Origin: an uncultured Enterobacteriaceae bacterium
GTDB lineage: Bacteria; Myxococcota_A; UBA796; SXON01
Direction of reading: 5' to 3'
Length of the DNA stretch: 64,000 nucleotides
Assembly (NCBI GenBank): GCA_964457335.1
Contig: CAYWGD010000002.1
Span: forward strand, 169,460-233,459
Numbering within the stretch: position 1 is the first letter of the stretch; the number at the start of each line of letters is the position of its first letter. The position numbers and the translations under genes are program-made. Positions 57,728 to 64,000 of the stretch are shown here, in pieces. The notes under the pieces are model-generated. The model had not been told where the DNA came from and ran no database searches. It saw only the letters and a program-made list of their open reading frames with translations.

Positions 57728-60700
57728 ATGGCCCGCTCCAAGCAAGTCGCGCGCGATCGCAACCTCCCGGCGGGCCCGGATCAGGACGCCCTGGCGCGAA
57801 TCCCCGGGCTCAACCGGCGCAACGGCCCCGCCCTCCCCCAGGGGGACGGCCCGCTGACGGCCAACGGTGCGCGGCGCGCGGCGGGCGCGGCGGGCAACGA
57901 CTTCGTCTCCGACATGGTCGGCGGGCGCCGCGAGGGGCCGCGGGGTGGGAACGGGGTCCAGATCAACGCGGACGTGGCGACGGGCGGAAACGGCGGGCAG
58001 TCCTCGCTCCAGGTGTCGGGCAACCTGCAGGTGGGCGGGCTCCAGATCGGCGGGAACCTGCGCGTCGGCGGCGGCCGCGGGGCCAACGGCGGTGGGAGCG
58101 GCGGCAACGGCGCGGGCAACGGACCCGCGAACGGCGCCCGCGCGAACGGCCCGAGCCCCGAGTCCGCGCCCCGGGCGAACGAGACCGCGGCGCGGGGACC
58201 GGCGGGCCCCACGACCGGCGGGGGCGGCGGCAACGGCGGGGCGCCCGGCGCCCCGGCGGGCGCGAACGGGATGGGCGGGGGCAACGGCGGCGCCCCGGAC
58301 GACGTCCTGGCGGTCGGCGGCTTCCAGATGCGGACGGCCGGCGGCACGGCGGGCGGCGGATCCAACGCGCCGGCGGCGCCGAGCGGCGCGGGCGGGCCGC
58401 CCGCTGGCGGCGGAGCAGGTGCGCCCGGCGGCGGCGGGTCGGCGGGCGGGGGTGCGGGGCGCGGCGGCGCTCGCGGCGGCGGCGGGAACGGCCGGGGCGG
58501 GCGCGGTGGCCTCTCGGTGTCGGTCTCCGGCGGCGGGATCTCCGCGTCGATCTCCCAGGACGGCGCGTCGGTCTCGGCGGGGAACGTGTCGGCCGCGGTC
58601 TCGGGGAGCGGCGCGTCGGTCTCGGCGGGCGGCAACACGGCGTCGGTCTCGGCCGACGGGGCGTCCGTCTCCACGCCGAACGTGTCGGGGTCGGTGTCGA
58701 GCCAGGGTGCGTCGGTCTCCGCGCAGGGGAGCGGCGGCTCCGCGAGCGTCGCGGTGGCCGGCGGGGGCGGAGCGGCGGCCGTGACCGTCGGTGGCGGCTC
58801 CGCGGAGACGGCGGCGCCGACCACGGCGGCGGGCACCTCCCGGGCGGGCGGGACCACCGGCGTCGGGACCGCGGCGCGCACCGGCACGGGCGGCTCGAGC
58901 GGCAACGCGGCGGGCGGCTCCCGGGCTCCTCGGGGGGGGACCTCCGGCGGCGGCGGTGGCGCGCAGGGGGGGGGCGGCCGGGCCGGCGGCGGTGGGGGCG
59001 GCGGCGCGAGCCAGGCTCCGGCCGCGCCCGTCCAGGTGGGCAACAGCGACAGCGCCCAGGGGGCGATGAACGAGTTCCTCGGCTCCTCCCCGACGCAGCA
59101 GGTCAAGATGTGGACCTCCGTGGGCGGCGCGGTCGACGCGGGGATCCAGAAGGACGCGCAGTCGATCCAGGACGCCGCGCCCGAGCTTCACGCCACGATG
59201 GGCGGCGGCGGGCAGGAGCCCGAGGCGGACGACCGCAAGACCGAGGTGAAGGCGGGGCAGGGGAAGATCGACGACAAGAAGGTCTCGCCCGACGCGCCCA
59301 AGCTGAAGGCCGAGCCCACCGTGGTGCCCCCGGCCCCGAAGGTGTCCGGCGCCCGCGCGATGTCCGGCATCACGGCCGAGACTCCGATCGAGCAGAAGCA
59401 GGCCCGCGCCGCCGAGACCATCGCGGCGATGCCCACCACGATGGACGGCGTCCCGACCTCCCCCGGGCCCGCCCCGAAGGTGCCGCTCGCCGGCGACGCG
59501 GATCCCGCCAAGGCGGAGGCGAACCGCGCCGATGCGGACGCGCAGGTGCAGCAGGGCGCAAGCGATCTGCGCGCCGCCGTGGAGAACGGGCGCGGCCCGG
59601 ACGCCGTGCAGCCGAAGGTGTTCGACGAGGCCAACAAGGTGCGGAAGCTCGTCGACGCGAAGGTCGACGCGACGAAGCCCGTCGACCCGCTCCAGAAGTA
59701 CATGCAGCTCGGGCCGCCCGCGGACGTCGAGGGCGCGATCGACGAGCAGCAGCAGGCGGTCATGGACGCCGCCATGGGCGAGGCGCGCGGCAAGATCGAC
59801 GAGGCCGTGTCGACCCGGGACGCCGACTCCAGGCGGGAGATCGACAACGCGAACGCCGAAGCCGAGCGGATGCGCGCCGACGCGGAGTCCTCCCAGCAGG
59901 ACGCGGTCGGCAGGGCCCGGGGCGAGATCACCGACGCCCGGGAGGAGACGCTCCGCGAGCAGGAGCGGGCCGTCGCCGAGCTCAACTCCGAGGCGACCAG
60001 CAAGCAGTCGCAGGAGGTTGCCGCGATCCACGCGCGGGTCGCGCAGGACGAGGCGAAGATCGACGACGCCTACTCCAAGGCGGAGTCCGACGTCGAGAAG
60101 CAGATCCAGGAGGGCGAGAAGGACGCCGAGGAAGAGAAGCGGAAGGCCGAGGAGGCGTCGAAGAAGCGCTCCTGGTGGGACCGCGTGAAGGACGCCGTCG
60201 CCTCGGCGTTCGAGGCGCTCACCGACGCCATCAACGGCATCCTGAACGCCGTCCGCGACGCGGTGAAGGGCATCCTCGACGGGGTCAAGAAGCTCGCCAC
60301 CGACCTCATCGACGCCGCCTCCAAGTGGATCACCGACAAGCTGAAGGCGTTCGGGGACTGGCTCAAGTCCGCCGTCACCGCGCTCCTCGGCTCCGTGTTC
60401 CCGGAGCTCGCCAAGGCGCTCAACGAGGCCATCGACTTCCTCGTGAACGAGGCCTGCCAGGCCGTCGAGCAGCTCGCGAACCAGCTCAAGGAAGGTATCG
60501 CCGCGCTGTGTGACAAGATCGCCGGCGCGCTCGACGCGATCATCGGCGCCTTCCAGGCGGCGGTGAGCTTCGCGATGACCCTCGCCGAAGCCGCGATGAC
60601 CGGCAATTGGGCCAAGGTCGGGCAGATCATCCTCGAGGGCATCCTCAAGCTCGCGGGCATCCCGCCGGAGGAGTTCTACGCGGTCATCGGCAAGGCCGAG

Positions 60701-63700
60701 GGGACGATCGGCAAGATCGTCGAGAACCCGGGCGGGTTCCTCGGCAACTGCCTCGACGCGGTCGGCCAGGGCTTCGGGCAGTTCTCCGACAACTTCCTCG
60801 ATCACCTCCAGAACGGCTTCCTCAGCTGGATGACCGGCACGATGGGGGAGGCCGGCATCCAGATGCCGGCGACGTTGGATCTGGCTGGCATCTTCGATCT
60901 CGTGATCCAAGTGACAGGGCTCACCAAGGACCACCTCCGCGAGAAGGCGGTGGAGCACCTGGGCGAGGAGAACGTCGAGCGCTTCGAGTTCGTCTGGGGA
61001 TTCGTGGAGTCCGCGCTCGAGGGCGGCTGGGGCGGCCTCTGGGAGCACGTCGAGGGCTACCTCGGCGGCCTCTGGGACGACGTGATCGGGACCATCCAGA
61101 ACTTCCTCATGGAGAAGATCATCAAGTCGGCGGTCCTCAAGATCGCCTCGATGTTCAACCCCGTGGGCGCGATCGTCCAGGCCATCATGACCGCCTGGAA
61201 CCTCTACGAGTTCCTCCGCGACCAGATCCAGCGCATCTTCGGCGTCGTGCGCGCGGTGGTCGACTCCATCAGCGACATCGCCAACGGGAACATCGGCGGC
61301 GCCGCCGACATGATCGAGAACGCGCTCGGCAACCTCGTCCCGGTCGCCATCGACCTGCTCGCGAAGCTGCTCGGCCTCGGCGGGCTCGGCGCCAAGATCA
61401 AGGAGGTCGTGGGCGGCGTCCGCGCCAAGATCGACCAGGCCATCGACAAGATGATCGAGAAGGTGAAGGGGCTGTTCAAGGGCGGCGGGAAGGGCAAGGA
61501 CAAGGACGAGGAGCCCGCCGCCGCCGACCCCGCCGCCGCCGCGGGGGAGCAGGCGCCGGACCGGGCGCAGGAAGGCGCGACGCCGAACGGCCTGTTCACC
61601 TTCGAGTCCGGCTCGCTGCTCGGGCGTGATCCCACGTTGGGCGCCGTCAGCTTCAAGATCACGGGCACCGGGCGCGTCAAGAACGACAAGGGCGAGCTCA
61701 CCGAGGGCCAGATCAACTCCGCCAAGGCCGACGCGGTCCAGGCGGCGACGAGCGCGGTCGGCAAGGCCGTGAACGCCAACGGAGTCACCGGCGTCTCCGG
61801 CCAGCTCGGCGTGTTGTCCGACCAGGCCAAGGTGTCCGCCGCCCGGAACGTGAGTGGGCTCGGGCTCACGCTCGACGCGCTGACGATCTCCGGGATCGTG
61901 CTGCCGCCCGAGGTGCAGCAGGCGCTCGACCAGCGGGCCGCGAGCAACATCGTCGACGAGCCGCTCGGCTTCCAGGCCGGCGGGGAGAACCACCGCCTGT
62001 GGATCGCCGCGCAGGGGAACAACGTGGTCGCGATGGTGGCGTCCACGCCGATGTCGGTGAAGGATCGCATCGAGGGCTGGCGCGCGATCCTCCGCGAGAA
62101 GACCCCCGAGGAGCGCCGGGCCGCGGGCTCCGCGATCGGCCGGGCCATCGCGCTCGAACGGGCCGTCGCCTCCGTGGCGGCCGACGTGAAGGCGGGCACG
62201 AAGACGCAGCAGGACCTCGACATCAAGAAGGGCGAGCTCGCGGGCGCCCTCGGCGAGCTCTTCAACGTGCTCCCCGAGCACGCCGCGGCCGAGGCGCTGG
62301 ACCCCGAGCTCACGCTGACCGGGAACAACTTCAAGAACTTCGAGCGGCAGTTCCTGGCGATCGCGAACCAGGTCGGCATGGCCAATCCCCAGGCCGAGGC
62401 CCAGCGGGTGTGGCTCCAGGTCGTGCGGGGGCTGCTCGCGTCCCAGGAGACGGTGGCGCGCGCCGACAAGGACCCGGCGACGCAGCGCACCGACCTCGAG
62501 AACAAGGCGTTCCAGGATGTCTTGAAGACCTTCGATCCGGTCGTCGCCGCGTTGTCGCCCGCGATGGAGAAGCTCACCGCGGGGCAGGACACCTGGTCCT
62601 TCTGGTCGGGCCGCCCGGCGATGGCGATGGCGATCCGGAGCGGCGGCGTCGCGCTCGAGGGCAGCGCGCTGGGCAAGGTGTTCTCCGACATCTCGCTCCG
62701 TGCCACGCCGTCGATCCAGCTCTGGGCGGCCCTGTCGCGGGCCTACGCGAACTTCGCCGCCGAGAACATGGAGAAGCGCACCTACCTCGGCTTCGTCGGC
62801 ACCGGCAGCAGCACCAACCAGAGCGTGTTCAACAAGATCGAGCAGCCGGCCTTCAACGTGGCGGCCGAGTCCATCGGCTTCACCCCGCGGCTCACGTTCT
62901 TCGCCTGCGCGGTCAAGCTCACCGATCAGAACACGCCGGACGACCGCTTCGTCGCCGTCCCCGGGCGCCCCGGAACCTACGGGCAGGGCGACCGCGGGAG
63001 CATGGTCTCCCTCGCCGAGTCCAAGAACAAGGAGCGCGTCGAGGAGTTCGAGCGCCTCCTCGCGGCGGGCGCCACCAAGGACCAGGCGGCCGACGCCGTC
63101 GGTCCCAACTGGGTCAAGGGCAGCCCGCTACCAGGGAATTCCCAGCGCGTCGCGAACGGCGCGGTCGATGTCGCGGCGAGCCCGCCCGGGCTCACGCCCC
63201 CAGCCGTCGTCCCCGGGGTCGGGAATGGTCAGGGTCAGGTCCCGGCGCGCTCCGTCGGCGCCCAGGACGCTGACCGCAAAGGTCAGCTCGAACAGCCGGT
63301 ACCAGTCCCAACCAACCAGTCGGGCCGTCCAGGAACCTCCTCCGGGCAGGGGGGTGGGAACGGAGAAGTCCAGAACACGAGCGGCGTCGGCTTCGGTCAT
63401 GACAACTCAGTGTCCAGCCAGACGGGCGGCGTCAACAACGTCCAGACATCGAAGACGGCCGTTTCCAAGTACGCCGTGTCCGACGCGCCCGCCGGCTGGC
63501 GCGAGCGGGTGGTCCGGAGCGTCCCGTCGGAGACCGTGAACGCGGACGACCCCGGGCACACCTACCACATCCTCGACGACGGCTCCGTGGTGTCGGAGTC
63601 GCGGCCGATGCTGGTGGACGCGCGCACCTCGGACAAGACGAAGAAGCGCGTCGGCTTCAGCGCCCAGGCCAGGAAGAAGACCCCCGAGGACACGCTCCGC

Positions 63701-64000
63701 ACGAGCGGCGAGATGTCCTCCGAGGAGGTCGATCTCATGAAGGGCGCGCTCAAGAAGAACCCGCGCTCGGAAGAGAAGCTCCAGGCCGACGGCACGACCA
63801 AGGCCGTCGCCAAGCCGGAGCTGACCGACGCCACCGGCAAGAAGATCAGCAACGGCGAGAACGCGGACGGCACCACCCGCGCGGCGATGACCGAGAAGGA
63901 GAAGGCCGCCCTGCTCAAGGGGCACGGCGTGTTGGCGAAGGACAACAAGGAAGGCGCCGACATGCGGAAGGTGATCCCCAACGCGTCGGTGGGGAGCTAC
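57728..64000 (+). CDS. Giant (more than 2,090 aa) multi-domain protein, 3' end outside the window; polymorphic-toxin-like with an ADP-ribosyl-cyclase-like module
   Basis: Frame with codon starts = 2 mod 3. ATG at 57728, and I found no stop through base 64000, reading codon by codon at 59042, 60182, 61502 and 62702-64000. It is not in the ORF track, which has no stop-bounded ORF in this frame. GC3 is about 97-98% by hand count except for 63128-63400. See findings. Confidence 0.75.
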   Translation, partial: MARSKQVARDRNLPAGPDQDALARIPGLNRRNGPALPQGDGPLTANGARRAAGAAGNDFVSDMVGGRREGPRGGNGVQINADVATGGNGGQSSLQVSGNLQVGGLQIGGNLRVGGGRGANGGGSGGNGAGNGPANGARANGPSPESAPRANETAARGPAGPTTGGGGGNGGAPGAPAGANGMGGGNGGAPDDVLAVGGFQMRTAGGTAGGGSNAPAAPSGAGGPPAGGGAGAPGGGGSAGGGAGRGGARGGGGNGRGGRGGLSVSVSGGGISASISQDGASVSAGNVSAAVSGSGASVSAGGNTASVSADGASVSTPNVSGSVSSQGASVSAQGSGGSASVAVAGGGGAAAVTVGGGSAETAAPTTAAGTSRAGGTTGVGTAARTGTGGSSGNAAGGSRAPRGGTSGGGGGAQGGGGRAGGGGGGGASQAPAAPVQVGNSDSAQGAMNEFLGSSPTQQVKMWTSVGGAVDAGIQKDAQSIQDAAPELHATMGGGGQEPEADDRKTEVKAGQGKIDDKKVSPDAPKLKAEPTVVPPAPKVSGARAMSGITAETPIEQKQARAAETIAAMPTTMDGVPTSPGPAPKVPLAGDADPAKAEANRADADAQVQQGASDLRAAVENGRGPDAVQPKVFDEANKVRKLVDAKVDATKPVDPLQKYMQLGPPADVEGAIDEQQQAVMDAAMGEARGKIDEAVSTRDADSRREIDNANAEAERMRADAESSQQDAVGRARGEITDAREETLREQERAVAELNSEATSKQSQEVAAIHARVAQDEAKIDDAYSKAESDVEKQIQEGEKDAEEEKRKAEEASKKRSWWDRVKDAVASAFEALTDAINGILNAVRDAVKGILDGVKKLATDLIDAASKWITDKLKAFGDWLKSAVTALLGSVFPELAKALNEAIDFLVNEACQAVEQLANQLKEGIAALCDKIAGALDAIIGAFQAAVSFAMTLAEAAMTGNWAKVGQIILEGILKLAGIPPEEFYAVIGKAEGTIGKIVENPGGFLGNCLDAVGQGFGQFSDNFLDHLQNGFLSWMTGTMGEAGIQMPATLDLAGIFDLVIQVTGLTKDHLREKAVEHLGEENVERFEFVWGFVESALEGGWGGLWEHVEGYLGGLWDDVIGTIQNFLMEKIIKSAVLKIASMFNPVGAIVQAIMTAWNLYEFLRDQIQRIFGVVRAVVDSISDIANGNIGGAADMIENALGNLVPVAIDLLAKLLGLGGLGAKIKEVVGGVRAKIDQAIDKMIEKVKGLFKGGGKGKDKDEEPAAADPAAAAGEQAPDRAQEGATPNGLFTFESGSLLGRDPTLGAVSFKITGTGRVKNDKGELTEGQINSAKADAVQAATSAVGKAVNANGVTGVSGQLGVLSDQAKVSAARNVSGLGLTLDALTISGIVLPPEVQQALDQRAASNIVDEPLGFQAGGENHRLWIAAQGNNVVAMVASTPMSVKDRIEGWRAILREKTPEERRAAGSAIGRAIALERAVASVAADVKAGTKTQQDLDIKKGELAGALGELFNVLPEHAAAEALDPELTLTGNNFKNFERQFLAIANQVGMANPQAEAQRVWLQVVRGLLASQETVARADKDPATQRTDLENKAFQDVLKTFDPVVAALSPAMEKLTAGQDTWSFWSGRPAMAMAIRSGGVALEGSALGKVFSDISLRATPSIQLWAALSRAYANFAAENMEKRTYLGFVGTGSSTNQSVFNKIEQPAFNVAAESIGFTPRLTFFACAVKLTDQNTPDDRFVAVPGRPGTYGQGDRGSMVSLAESKNKERVEEFERLLAAGATKDQAADAVGPNWVKGSPLPGNSQRVANGAVDVAASPPGLTPPAVVPGVGNGQGQVPARSVGAQDADRKGQLEQPVPVPTNQSGRPGTSSGQGGGNGEVQNTSGVGFGHDNSVSSQTGGVNNVQTSKTAVSKYAVSDAPAGWRERVVRSVPSETVNADDPGHTYHILDDGSVVSESRPMLVDARTSDKTKKRVGFSAQARKKTPEDTLRTSGEMSSEEVDLMKGALKKNPRSEEKLQADGTTKAVAKPELTDATGKKISNGENADGTTRAAMTEKEKAALLKGHGVLAKDNKEGADMRKVIPNASVGSY
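58510..58750 (+). repeat. Degenerate ~27-30-bp tandem repeats encoding (x)nASVSA units
   Basis: The motif gcgtcggtctcggc(g/c)g recurs. The translation reads GLSVSVSGGGISASISQDGASVSAGNVSAAVSGSGASVSAGGNTASVSADGASVSTPNVSGSVSSQGASVSAQG. Confidence 0.6.
63128..63400 (-). CDS. Candidate 90-aa protein encoded antisense to, and codon-aligned with, the giant ORF (possible immunity-like cassette); unresolved
   Basis: Track ORF MTEADAARVLDFSVPTPLPGGGSWTARLVGWDWYRLFELTFAVSVLGADGARRDLTLTIPDPGDDGW... looks globular and Trp-rich. The opposite (+) translation is P/G/Q/N low complexity. Both frames show an atypically low GC3 here (about 75-79%). Confidence 0.3.
   Translation of the reverse strand: MTEADAARVLDFSVPTPLPGGGSWTARLVGWDWYRLFELTFAVSVLGADGARRDLTLTIPDPGDDGWGREPGRARRDIDRAVRDALGIPW

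Noticed and set aside
57551-62281. 1,576-aa minus ORF, plus the + ORFs 57634..60513, 60607..61629 and 61999..63273
   Set aside because: All are low-information Arg/Gly/Pro/Asp shadows of the unlisted frame-2 giant ORF. That frame has about 97-98% GC3 and protein-like sequence.
63100-63430. Idea that 63128..63400 is an invertible (shufflon or invertase-type) segment
   Set aside because: I could find no inverted repeats flanking the segment. Only an internal GGGAATTCCC palindrome is present, so there is no support for site-specific inversion.

Overview
Very GC-rich bacterial chromosomal segment. In confident genes almost every third codon position is G/C, so all six frames carry long shadow ORFs and most long entries in the ORF track are artefacts. 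The gene content (many lipoproteins with Asp-Thr or Gly-Pro linkers, an ECF sigma, a Bat/MoxR operon, an imuA-imuB-dnaE2 cassette, an M. xanthus-type LexA box) suggests a Myxococcota-like organism, but that is inference only. I support about 52 protein genes, no rRNA, tRNA or CRISPR, one decayed IS110 element and several short tandem repeats.

Main blocks:
- 1-7.5 kb: cytosine deaminase, tatA, response regulator, RluA, Lon-like protease.
- 7.5-14.2 kb, minus strand: crotonase, lnt, ECF sigma, anti-sigma, secreted caspase-like protease, lipoprotein.
- 14.3-19.9 kb: divergent groESL and dnaK-dnaJ.
- 20-28 kb: complete MoxR-DUF58-BatA-E operon.
- 28.6-37.1 kb: B12 radical SAM plus GNAT, NtrC-type two-component pair, PPIase-surA-pdxA.
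- 37.2-39.9 kb: accessory islet with an IS110 remnant and three paralogous lipoproteins.
- 40-45.5 kb, minus strand: DUF1450, DUF423, NfeD, two flotillins, hflX.
- 45.6-51.2 kb: LexA-box-controlled imuA, then imuB and dnaE2 fused in one ORF.
- 51.3-57.6 kb: bacterial lysyl-oxidase homologue, lipoprotein, FAD oxidoreductase, aldolase, EEP nuclease/phosphatase.
- 57.7-64 kb: an ORF of more than 2,090 codons that is absent from the supplied track because it has no stop in the window.

The last ORF is the most interesting object. It looks like a giant polymorphic-toxin-like protein with an ADP-ribosyl-cyclase-like (NADase) module. That module is followed by a compositionally aberrant 273-nt segment that is open on both strands.

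All functional calls come from motif recognition by eye. No database search was run, and start codons are often uncertain.
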